A stretch of DNA of 64,000 nt from a virus. Its lineage: Duplodnaviria; Caudoviricetes. Of this stretch, positions 1-7,187 are shown in pieces (position 1 is the first letter of the stretch; each line of letters begins with the position of its first letter). The position numbers were made by a program, and so were the translations under genes. The stretch spans positions 21,708 through 85,707 of the IMG/VR virus record IMGVR_UViG_3300032269_001670; one strand, 5' to 3'. A model generated the notes under the pieces. That model was given only the letters and a program-made list of their open reading frames with translations. It did not search any database and was not told the DNA's origin.

Positions 1-11
1 CCACGCCTTCA

Positions 12-68
12 TTAGAAGAACGCTCCGCAGACGATAAAGAAGATGACCCAAAACCACACGCTATTCAT
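12..68 (-). CDS. 18-aa hydrophobic microprotein MNSVWFWVIFFIVCGAFF
   Basis: ATG preceded by TAGGAGGGTGT; stop overlaps the next ATG (TAATG); paralogous to 81..137. Confidence 0.55.
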   Translation of the reverse strand: MNSVWFWVIFFIVCGAFF

Positions 69-80
69 ACACCCTCCTAA

Positions 81-137
81 CTACTGCGCCAACTCGCACA
101 CAATACAAAAAATCAACCAAAACAGCACAAACTCCAA
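81..137 (-). CDS. 18-aa hydrophobic microprotein MEFVLFWLIFCIVCELAQ (TTG start)
   Basis: TTG preceded by TAGGAGGGTGC; same length and FWxIFxIVC motif as 12..68. Confidence 0.5.
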   Translation of the reverse strand: MEFVLFWLIFCIVCELAQ

Positions 138-145
138 GCACCCTC

Positions 146-466
146 CTATGGCTGCTGAATCGTAGATTCGCAGTATACCAGACCATACGATTCGGGGTCG
201 TGGCCAATGCGGGTCTCAAGCTTCAGGGCCGGCATCTCTACCTTCCTAATGCTCTCGCCACAGTCATGGCACCTGATCTCGGTAATGTCTGGGTAGCTAT
301 ACTCCTCCGGGTTTGACTGAACGGCAATCTGCGCTCGCTCACCTTCGCCGATGATAGAGCAGACAACCTCGAGCAGTCCATAGAAGTAGATGCCATCCCA
401 CCATTCATTCGACGCCCGGGACTTCCCGGAGCACCCCTTATGGAGATAGGTCTTAAACGTGCTCAT
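146..466 (-). CDS. Hypothetical protein with CxxC
   Basis: ORF track; ATGA overlap with the upstream gene; stop overlaps the SD of the next microgene. Confidence 0.6.
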   Translation of the reverse strand: MSTFKTYLHKGCSGKSRASNEWWDGIYFYGLLEVVCSIIGEGERAQIAVQSNPEEYSYPDITEIRCHDCGESIRKVEMPALKLETRIGHDPESYGLVYCESTIQQP

Positions 467-714
467 GAGGCCTTCTCAAGCTTGTGCGCCTTATCGGTCG
501 CGTCCATACCGACACCGGTAAGCCGCTGCACCTCGGGGCCATCGCCTTCTGCCTGATAGATCCTGAGCGCATCCCCATAGGCAATACACGCATCAAGGTA
601 GCTCCGCATCGCCTCTGGATTCTGGGTCTGCTGTGCCTGCATAAACGCATAGGCACCCCGAGCTGCTAAGAACCCTGTGAGCATTCCGTTCTCGTACTTT
701 TGGCCTGTCGCCAT
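463..714 (-). CDS. Hypothetical helical protein (MATGQKY...)
   Basis: Start re-assigned to ATG 714, downstream of SD GTAGGAGGT and a sigma70 promoter. Confidence 0.7.
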   Translation of the reverse strand: MATGQKYENGMLTGFLAARGAYAFMQAQQTQNPEAMRSYLDACIAYGDALRIYQAEGDGPEVQRLTGVGMDATDKAHKLEKAS

Positions 715-754
715 ACCGGTACCTCCTACTACACACCCCAAATAGGGCAGTACC

Positions 755-783
755 ACCATAGGGGATAGAGAGCCAGCCGTCAA
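755..783 (-). promoter_or_regulatory. Leftward sigma70-type promoter TTGACG-17-TATGGT
   Basis: Read directly on the minus strand; 17-nt spacer; upstream of a strong SD. Confidence 0.65.
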
Positions 784-859
784 ACCCAGCGATGGTTAAG
801 GTTTCTTTATCTTGGCTAAGGACGCTCTGCCTGGGGTGCGGGGTGCCGGATAGTAAAGA

Positions 860-914
860 TTCCTGAATAACTTCTGAATAATTCCTGAATAACCCTGGAA
901 TAACCCCGGAATAA
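860..914 (+). repeat. Five tandem 11-bp repeats with core GAATAA; further copies at 927, 952, 999, 1114
   Basis: Cores at 865, 876, 887, 898, 909 (exact 11-bp period) in the divergent intergenic region. Confidence 0.9.
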
Positions 915-1403
915 CTGGAGCTGGTGGAATAACTTGTGCGGAAAATGGCTGGAATAACCTTAGATATGGTAGTTGTGAAGAGGGGCATAAACGGCCTGGA
1001 ATAACAGCCCACCGTGGCAACCACCCAAATCCACCAGCCAAATATCATCTTCCTGTTCCAGACACCAAACCACCACCCACACGCCACAACCTCAAACAAA
1101 CGACCAACCCAGGGAATAACTGGTCATAGCGCAGACAGGAGAACACAGTCCCCAGTACAGGAAGAGTCAGCCATGAATGAAGGCGTTCTTCCCTACTACG
1201 TTCTCTTAGTCGTTCTCTATCCCTATGGAGCTTGTACGGCGCCTGCCTCACGGCACCGTGACCCTCGCCTCACGGCTCAACCGCCTTCGGCGTTTTCGGG
1301 CCGAGCCCGAGGCTCACTGGCGTAGAAGTCCTCAGTGCCAAAATGTAATAACCGCATGGTAAAGTAATCGACCGGAGGGAGACAAACAGCGCTGACCTGA
1401 AAT

Positions 1404-1433
1404 TTGACAGACAAATATCAGGCCTGCTAGGCT
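1404..1433 (+). promoter_or_regulatory. Rightward promoter TTGACA-18-TAGGCT with extended TG
   Basis: Perfect -35; TGcTAGGCT; predicted +1 near 1440 coincides with the start of a 12-bp stem. Confidence 0.65.
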
Positions 1434-1439
1434 CCTCTT

Positions 1440-1602
1440 GGCACCACCGGGGAACACCTATCAACCGGGAAAAGAAGAGTAAGCGAAAGCTTCAGTGAAT
1501 CCTTCTGCTTTCGGAAGTAAGGCGGTTCGCCATAACCCGGTGGTGTCATCTATGCCGGTTGAGGAGGGACTCCTACCCCGCCTCCCGGCACCATAGTAGG
1601 AG
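1440..1602 (+). ncRNA. Structured 5' leader RNA with anti-SD (candidate cis-regulatory RNA)
   Basis: GGCACCACCGGG(1440-51) pairs with CCCGGTGGTGTC(1536-47); internal hairpins; CTCCTAC(1570-76) is complementary to SD GTAGGAG(1596-1602). Confidence 0.6.
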
Positions 1603-1608
1603 GTTAAA

Positions 1609-1821
1609 ATGAAAACACGAAACCTTAGGAAGCAGGCACGCAAGGCCGCCAAGATGCGCGGCCACCAGCTTGGAAAGTTCACCCACCTCATCGGCACCGG
1701 GTGGAACGCGCATAGCACCGCGATCTGCACCAAGTGCGGCGTCGATGTTGCCGTCTATCCCGACCCTGCCCCAAACGGCATTGACATTGCTGGTGAGGCC
1801 GTAGCCCTAGGCTGCCGCTAA
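1609..1821 (+). CDS. Small basic protein with CxxC
   Basis: SD GTAGGAGGT; first gene of a coupled operon. Confidence 0.8.
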   Translation: MKTRNLRKQARKAAKMRGHQLGKFTHLIGTGWNAHSTAICTKCGVDVAVYPDPAPNGIDIAGEAVALGCR

Positions 1822-2000
1822 TGGAGCCGATAATCATCCGCAAGGAAGAAGCCCCAACGACGGATCTAAAGTGCCGAGACTGCGACGACAAAGCTCGTGC
1901 CGTTTGGCTTGATGGCGGCGGTGCGGTGCCACTATGCGATCCGTGCGTAGAGGCGCGACGAAAGGTATACCGCCGCAAGTATGCCGTGATGCCCGGATGA
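1821..2000 (+). CDS. 59-aa zinc-ribbon protein (CRDC...CDPC)
   Basis: Not in the ORF track; TAATG and ATGA overlaps with both neighbours. Confidence 0.75.
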   Translation: MEPIIIRKEEAPTTDLKCRDCDDKARAVWLDGGGAVPLCDPCVEARRKVYRRKYAVMPG

Positions 2001-2215
2001 GCGCGCCTATTGAGCCCTATATCATGTGGCGGCCTAGCCTGAAGTACTATGCGTGTAACGAGTGCCGAGGAAACTCCGTTGGGTATTACATCAATGAACA
2101 TCGATGGTGGAGCCGACTCTGCAAGGAGTGCATGCAAAAAGCCAAGGATAAGTATGAAACTCAGACCGGCAAGAAAGTAGGGGAAAGTCGGAAGGCATCC
2201 CTAGAGGGGTTATAA
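1997..2215 (+). CDS. Zinc-ribbon protein (CNEC...CKEC)
   Basis: Start re-assigned to ATG 1997 (ATGA coupling). Confidence 0.75.
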   Translation: MSAPIEPYIMWRPSLKYYACNECRGNSVGYYINEHRWWSRLCKECMQKAKDKYETQTGKKVGESRKASLEGL

Positions 2216-2217
2216 GT

Positions 2218-2616
2218 ATGGCTTTAAAGATTGCCGCTTTTCTTGGGCTCTGGTTTGGAGTCACCGCAGCTATCCTGATCAACACCCCTGCCAAAGGAAC
2301 GGATTCCTCTCGGTTTTCTGACCAGTTGGTAGCCCTGCATGAAGAAGTATTTTATTGGCACGAGAGTATGTACATTGGCGGAGCCGGAGCCGAGTGGAAG
2401 CCTGATTGGGACTGGTACATGGACTTGCAGGGGAAGATTGAAAGGTTCCAGGCGGAACTCGACCGTGCCCCCAATAGCTCGTGTGCAAACGAAGCTCGTG
2501 CTATCGTCATCTTGCACTGGCCATGGCTTGCCACAAGTCCTGCTGACATTGCCGGGGTTGAGCTCCGATGGAAGGAATCTATCGACAAACTGCCGTTATT
2601 GTGTGGAGAGTTTTAA
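2218..2616 (+). CDS. Secreted or membrane-anchored hypothetical protein
   Basis: N-terminal hydrophobic signal-like segment; tightly packed in the operon. Confidence 0.75.
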   Translation: MALKIAAFLGLWFGVTAAILINTPAKGTDSSRFSDQLVALHEEVFYWHESMYIGGAGAEWKPDWDWYMDLQGKIERFQAELDRAPNSSCANEARAIVILHWPWLATSPADIAGVELRWKESIDKLPLLCGEF

Positions 2617-2628
2617 GGAGGCACGAGC

Positions 2629-3030
2629 ATGACGAAGAAGAAGGTGATTACCGCCGACGACGTGCGAGAGATGAAGGCCATGCTTGACATGGTGAACTTG
2701 TCGTCTCTTGATAAACCATACGGGGAAGATAACGAAGCAACGCTAGGAGATCTAGTCGAGTCCCCGGGGCCATCCCCAGAGGAGCTTAGTCTCACGTCTG
2801 ATATGGTGCGCCTCATTCACGAGATGCTTGAAAGCCTTCCCGACCGGGATCGAGACATCCTTTGTATGCGCTACGGGATCGGCCTGAATCGCCCAATGAC
2901 GATGGAGGAGGTAGGCCAAAAGTACAACCTGAGCCGTGAGCGCGTCCGCCAGATTGAAAATGCCGCGCTGACAACGCTCCGGCACCCGAGCAGGATGCGA
3001 AAAATGCGTGCATATTCGGTGGCAGGATGA
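2629..3030 (+). CDS. Stand-alone sigma70 region 3.2-4 protein (no regions 1-2)
   Basis: SLDKP...TLGDLVE, LPDRDRDILCMRYG, TMEEVG...SRERVRQIENAAL..LRHPSR match the RpoD C-terminus; SD AAGGAGG. Confidence 0.9.
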   Translation: MTKKKVITADDVREMKAMLDMVNLSSLDKPYGEDNEATLGDLVESPGPSPEELSLTSDMVRLIHEMLESLPDRDRDILCMRYGIGLNRPMTMEEVGQKYNLSRERVRQIENAALTTLRHPSRMRKMRAYSVAG

Positions 3031-3254
3031 AAGCAAATCGACTTGAGGGAGCCCCAACCCCGGATGAAGTACTCGTTGCGATGCGTGAATACATGGACAC
3101 TTGGAACCGAGCTCCGACGTTCCGCGAGATGACCGAGATCCTTAATTGCGGTCGAAGCACTGTACAACGCGCCGTCAATAAGCTTGAACAGGACGGGTGG
3201 ATTATGCGTCGTCCGTACGGCACGCGCAGTTGGAAGATTAAGCGCATCCGATAA
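3027..3254 (+). CDS. LexA-like N-terminal winged-helix DNA-binding domain only
   Basis: APTFREMTEIL...STVQRAVNKLEQDGWI.R.PYGTRSW resembles the LexA DBD; no S24 peptidase domain. Confidence 0.8.
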   Translation: MKANRLEGAPTPDEVLVAMREYMDTWNRAPTFREMTEILNCGRSTVQRAVNKLEQDGWIMRRPYGTRSWKIKRIR

Positions 3255-3279
3255 TGAAGAAGCCGAAAAGCGCTAAGTC

Positions 3280-3837
3280 ATGAGGATTCGACTTCGCCCG
3301 GCGTACTCAGATGCCGCCTTAGCCAAGCTTTATCAGGTGCCGCACCAGCACGCCAAGTTCCCGGATCACATCCTTAGGGTAAAGATGACCATTGCGCTGG
3401 CTTCGTATTTTCCCAACGTTAAGACCATTGCCGACCTGTCTGCTGGAGACGCGACGATCATCAACGCTATCCACGCGGAAAAACGGTACATTGGGGACTT
3501 TGCCCCGGCCTATGAATTTGTAGGGCCGATTGAAAAAACCATTCACGAAATCCCTAATGTCGATCTCTTCATTTGCTCAGAGACCGTTGAGCATTTAGAC
3601 AACCCAGACGAGGTCTTGGCAATGATTAGCAAGAAAGCAAAGCACCTGATTCTTTCTACCCCGGTTGGGGAGATGAACGATCAGAACCCAGAGCATTACT
3701 GGGGCTGGGACCACGAGGGCGTGCGCGAGATGCTTTTGGCCTCTGGGTTTGCCCCCAAAGCGTTTGCCAACTTCAGGATAATGGGTATAGGCTACATGTA
3801 TCAAGCCTGGGCGTGTGACTCAAAACAAAGGATTTGA
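3280..3837 (+). CDS. Class I SAM-dependent methyltransferase-like protein
   Basis: IADLSAGDA (motif I-like), DLFICSETVEHL, LILSTP. Confidence 0.75.
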   Translation: MRIRLRPAYSDAALAKLYQVPHQHAKFPDHILRVKMTIALASYFPNVKTIADLSAGDATIINAIHAEKRYIGDFAPAYEFVGPIEKTIHEIPNVDLFICSETVEHLDNPDEVLAMISKKAKHLILSTPVGEMNDQNPEHYWGWDHEGVREMLLASGFAPKAFANFRIMGIGYMYQAWACDSKQRI

Positions 3838-3863
3838 CAGCCTAATACCCCATACCTTAGAAT
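3834..3863 (+). promoter_or_regulatory. Promoter TTGACA-18-TAGAAT
   Basis: Near-consensus hexamers upstream of SD GTAGGAGGT and ATG 3906. Confidence 0.75.
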
Positions 3864-3905
3864 GCAGAAAGCGGGGATGTCCCGCCTAGTAGTAGGAGGT
3901 AATAA

Positions 3906-4319
3906 ATGAATTGCAAGTATTGCGATCCGGCAACAAGCACGGAGATTAAGGTAACCCTCGGCGAGGGCACGATGGGCGTGTATCCCGCACGAATCCGCAC
4001 CGACTATCGTTGGAACGGCTGGCTCTGTCCGGCATTCGATTTCCAGACCGCCCTGCGCGTTGCGGCGGATACCCACCTGCTTGCAGCCGAGCACAACGAC
4101 AAGGGCGACGCGGTAGAGTTCGCCTCCTATAACGCCAGGGATGATGTGTTTATCATGAGCGGCGGTGGCCGCTCGTTCGAAGATGATCTTGTGGAAATTT
4201 CCGCAACCCCGTGCTGTGGGCGCTATGATATTGGTTCAATGAACTGGACATGGGTCGAAGATATGCCAGAGCTTGGCGACGATCCGCAGTTCACGGCAAC
4301 GCTGCCGCTTGAAGGATAA
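3906..4319 (+). CDS. Hypothetical phage protein
   Basis: Strong SD, promoter-proximal. Confidence 0.8.
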   Translation: MNCKYCDPATSTEIKVTLGEGTMGVYPARIRTDYRWNGWLCPAFDFQTALRVAADTHLLAAEHNDKGDAVEFASYNARDDVFIMSGGGRSFEDDLVEISATPCCGRYDIGSMNWTWVEDMPELGDDPQFTATLPLEG

Positions 4320-4329
4320 AGAAGGAGTA

Positions 4330-4887
4330 ATGATGGTCAAGAAGAAGTCAGAAGTTGAGTACATTGAGGTCGTTCGGTACGACGAAGAAGTGGGAGATGA
4401 GTATCTTGCCAAGGTTCCAAAGATTTCTCTGGATGCGTGCCAGCTGTGCGCGTGTGCCGGATGCCTGTCAGACAAGTGCTGCGAGCATCTTGAATACTGG
4501 AACAGTACAAACGGCAAGCCTGCGCGCTACCAGATTGATGACTTGCGCAACGAGATTGAGCAACGCAATAAGATCATCAAGGCGCTTGAGCAGCGTTTAC
4601 AAGCCATTGGGCAGTCGTGCACAGTATTCCTGCGGCGAGATCATGTCGGTGTACTGCCGGAAGACAAGGCATTTATCGAAGTGCTTGGAGCCGCTGCGTC
4701 AATGGGGGTTGCCCATTGGGATCGCCTGATCGCCAACGACGATTATTTGTGCAAGGCATGCAAGTGCAATCTCTGCTGCGAGCGCATGATGGTCGAGCTC
4801 AAAAATAAGCGGAGCATTGGAGACTTTGCAAAAGTCCCGGAGTGCTGCGGCCACAAGGTCAGCAGCTGGGCAGATCTGCCGTTTTAG
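4330..4887 (+). CDS. Cys-rich protein with DACxxCACxGCxxxxCCEH module and coiled coil
   Basis: Start re-assigned after SD AAGGAG; module shared with 5380..5670. Confidence 0.75.
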   Translation: MMVKKKSEVEYIEVVRYDEEVGDEYLAKVPKISLDACQLCACAGCLSDKCCEHLEYWNSTNGKPARYQIDDLRNEIEQRNKIIKALEQRLQAIGQSCTVFLRRDHVGVLPEDKAFIEVLGAAASMGVAHWDRLIANDDYLCKACKCNLCCERMMVELKNKRSIGDFAKVPECCGHKVSSWADLPF

Positions 4888-4902
4888 GCGGGAAGGATAA
4901 CC

Positions 4903-5229
4903 ATGTGCAACGAATACAACGGTTGGGTTAATTGGGAAACTTGGAACATGGCGCTCTGGATTGGCGAAAGCGATGACGAAAGCATTTTGAGTCAAGCAAA
5001 CCGAGAGATTGAAGATTTTACTGGAGAAACGGAAATGGACATCACCGGAGCTACCTGCTCGCTGGCAGAATGGCTACAGACATATTGCGAAGAAGTGTAT
5101 CTTGGTCATCTAAACCAGGATGACTTGCGCGGTCCGGCCGCTGATGCCATCTACAGCAGCTACCTTCCTAAGGTAGAATGGCATGATATTGCTAAACATT
5201 ACATTCAGGAGGCCTTAAATGAAGCTTGA
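4903..5229 (+). CDS. Conserved phage hypothetical protein (YNGWxNWETWxxxLW motif)
   Basis: N-terminal motif recalled as common in phage early proteins; SD present. Confidence 0.75.
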   Translation: MCNEYNGWVNWETWNMALWIGESDDESILSQANREIEDFTGETEMDITGATCSLAEWLQTYCEEVYLGHLNQDDLRGPAADAIYSSYLPKVEWHDIAKHYIQEALNEA

Positions 5230-5383
5230 GTTTGCGCAGGATCTTGTGATTATTGGTGGTGGAGCGTTGTTGATGTGGGCCGGAGTCATTGCCAAAGACC
5301 CTATTAACATCGTGCTCTCTGGGGCGTTCCTGCTCTTTGGGCTTGCCACCTTGTACGTAGACGTTCGGCGGAATATCCGGTGA
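5219..5383 (+). CDS. 54-aa two-TM membrane protein
   Basis: Not in the track; MKLEFAQDLVIIGGGALLMW...; overlaps both neighbours. Confidence 0.65.
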   Translation: MKLEFAQDLVIIGGGALLMWAGVIAKDPINIVLSGAFLLFGLATLYVDVRRNIR

Positions 5384-5670
5384 TCGGAGAAGACATTCGC
5401 TGGTCCCTCGAGCAGGCATGGAGCAGGTATCGCCTCGGGTTGCTAAGCCCTAGTAGTGCTTTATGGTTTTCGTCAAACGCTCCGTGCGAATGCGGAAATT
5501 CAGATGGGTTTAGTTGTTTTAACTCCGAGCATCACGAATGGCGAAGGGTTATGAGCTTGGCCTTCGTGGAAGAGCCGCACCCTGTTGAGCCCCCGGTATT
5601 CGATGCGTGCGATGTGTGCGCGTGCGTTGGATGCTCTGCGGGGAATTGCTGTGAGCATGAGGGAATTTGA
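5380..5670 (+). CDS. Cys-rich protein ending in the DACxxCACxGCxxxxCCEH module
   Basis: GTGA coupling; paralogous module at 4432-4488. Confidence 0.65.
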   Translation: MIGEDIRWSLEQAWSRYRLGLLSPSSALWFSSNAPCECGNSDGFSCFNSEHHEWRRVMSLAFVEEPHPVEPPVFDACDVCACVGCSAGNCCEHEGI

Positions 5671-5671
5671 T

Positions 5672-6019
5672 ATGTGGAATACGTTGGAGTATATTTCCGA
5701 ACTGCCACCGGAGGCGTTCCGGACCGTAGAATTCAATGGGGACCGTATCGTCTTGCATCAGGTTGGAAGCAAGTGCATCGGCGAGGTTGCGGTGACACAT
5801 GAACCGTATTGTCGGCTGAACGTTGAACTCGATGTACAACCGCCGCGTGGCTGGTTCTGGCTCAAGCATTGGAGCGAAAATGAGCCGCTTGTTCAGGCCC
5901 TCCTTGATCAGGGCATCCTTGAGCTTCATGAAAGCGCAATGGAGCCCACCGGGTACGTAGTTTGCCGGGCGGCCAAGCTGAAGCCAAAGACATTCACGGC
6001 GGAAATCCATGGCGCATAG
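5672..6019 (+). CDS. Hypothetical protein
   Basis: Start re-assigned to ATG 5672 just after the upstream stop. Confidence 0.7.
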   Translation: MWNTLEYISELPPEAFRTVEFNGDRIVLHQVGSKCIGEVAVTHEPYCRLNVELDVQPPRGWFWLKHWSENEPLVQALLDQGILELHESAMEPTGYVVCRAAKLKPKTFTAEIHGA

Positions 6020-6218
6020 CGGCCATATTGACGGGCATATTCACGTTGACTGCGAAGACAGCGCCCAAGCGACGCAATATTCTGCTTGCGAATGCTGCAA
6101 CGGGTTCCTTGACGAGGTTAAATCTAATGTGTATGAGCTGCAGCAATCCGCCCGAGAGCAGGGTCTTTGCCCCGGGTGTGGCAGCGACTGGTGCGCCGGA
6201 GGGTGCGATGAGGACTGA
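6009..6218 (+). CDS. His/Cys-rich small metal-binding protein
   Basis: HxxHxxxHxHxxC, CECC, CPGC...C...C. Confidence 0.65.
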   Translation: MAHSGHIDGHIHVDCEDSAQATQYSACECCNGFLDEVKSNVYELQQSAREQGLCPGCGSDWCAGGCDED

Positions 6219-6297
6219 TAGGGTGTATGATTTGATTATCACCGCATTGGTCGGTGGGTTAATCTGGTTGCTGGCCAGCGCGGTCGGCGTATTGTAG
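6208..6297 (+). CDS. 29-aa single-TM microprotein
   Basis: MRTDRVYDLIITALVGGLIWLLASAVGVL after SD GGAGGG. Confidence 0.6.
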   Translation: MRTDRVYDLIITALVGGLIWLLASAVGVL

Positions 6298-6308
6298 AAG
6301 GAGTAATC

Positions 6309-6431
6309 ATGGGTACTATTTTCTTTGGAATTGCGTTCTTGGCCATCTTGGTCACCGGGATCAGCGAGTATCGCCGGCATCTTCGTGTCATTAATGCCAC
6401 TCGTTATGCAAAGACCGGGAAGAAGAAGTGA
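6309..6431 (+). CDS. 40-aa single-TM microprotein with basic tail
   Basis: Not in the track; SD AAGGAG; GTGA overlap with the next gene. Confidence 0.65.
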   Translation: MGTIFFGIAFLAILVTGISEYRRHLRVINATRYAKTGKKK

Positions 6432-6724
6432 GCTATAGCTACACAAAGAAGGATATTCAGGACGGTATCGACGCACTAAACCGGCGCTGCGGATTTGAGC
6501 CCGGGTCTAAGCTGTGGAGCACCGTCGACGGAAAACAAGTTTCACAGGTTGGTTATTATCACTCCTGGAATAACGGTAGCGGCTTGCAACTTGTCCAGAC
6601 CGTCAATGCGCAGGGCGGCCATCGAACTGTCCTTAAGCTGATTGCGAAAAATAAGCGAGAGCTTTATAATTTGATCTGGGCGTACATTGCCGGCCTTGAT
6701 GATGGAAAGGGTACACATGTCTGA
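6428..6724 (+). CDS. Hypothetical protein
   Basis: Coupled in the operon (GTG start). Confidence 0.7.
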   Translation: MSYSYTKKDIQDGIDALNRRCGFEPGSKLWSTVDGKQVSQVGYYHSWNNGSGLQLVQTVNAQGGHRTVLKLIAKNKRELYNLIWAYIAGLDDGKGTHV

Positions 6725-7187
6725 AGAATACACGCTAGAGGTTATTGAGGCCCGAGAGCTACTCGCCGAAGAAAATGGCGAAGAGAAGCCCGCGCGGTGC
6801 CAATTTTGCGATCCGGAAAGCAGCCATGAAGCCATGCTCACGTTGCATGGAATGGATTGGGTTCCAACGTATGGGAGATACTTGAAAAATTTTGGAAGTG
6901 ATGAATGGCTAACTTGCGCATTTCCGGCATTTGAAGTCCGCACCATGAAGGCATTCCTTGATGAGCGCATCCAAAGGGATTGGCCAAACTCAACTATTGT
7001 TATCCTTGATGAGGTAGATGATTCGATTTATGTCGTTGAATCCGGGGTAAAAGACCCTAACGAAGCTGTTGAGCGCATTTACCCAACTGAATGCTGCAGT
7101 CTATACTGGATTGGAAAGCCGTCGTGGCCTTGGACTATTGTTCCCCCGGTATCGGAAGAAGAAGACCCAGACCATCCAAATGCCTAG
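6717..7187 (+). CDS. Hypothetical acidic protein
   Basis: Start re-assigned to ATG 6717 after AAAGGG. Confidence 0.7.
   Translation: MSEEYTLEVIEARELLAEENGEEKPARCQFCDPESSHEAMLTLHGMDWVPTYGRYLKNFGSDEWLTCAFPAFEVRTMKAFLDERIQRDWPNSTIVILDEVDDSIYVVESGVKDPNEAVERIYPTECCSLYWIGKPSWPWTIVPPVSEEEDPDHPNA

Noticed and set aside
593-1099. 168-aa minus-strand ORF across the repeat region
   Set aside because: Runs through the repeats, a promoter and another gene, with no SD; a short Trp-rich peptide at its 5' end cannot be excluded.
860-1120. CRISPR-like array
   Set aside because: Units are 11 bp with no unique 25-45 nt spacers, and no cas genes are present.
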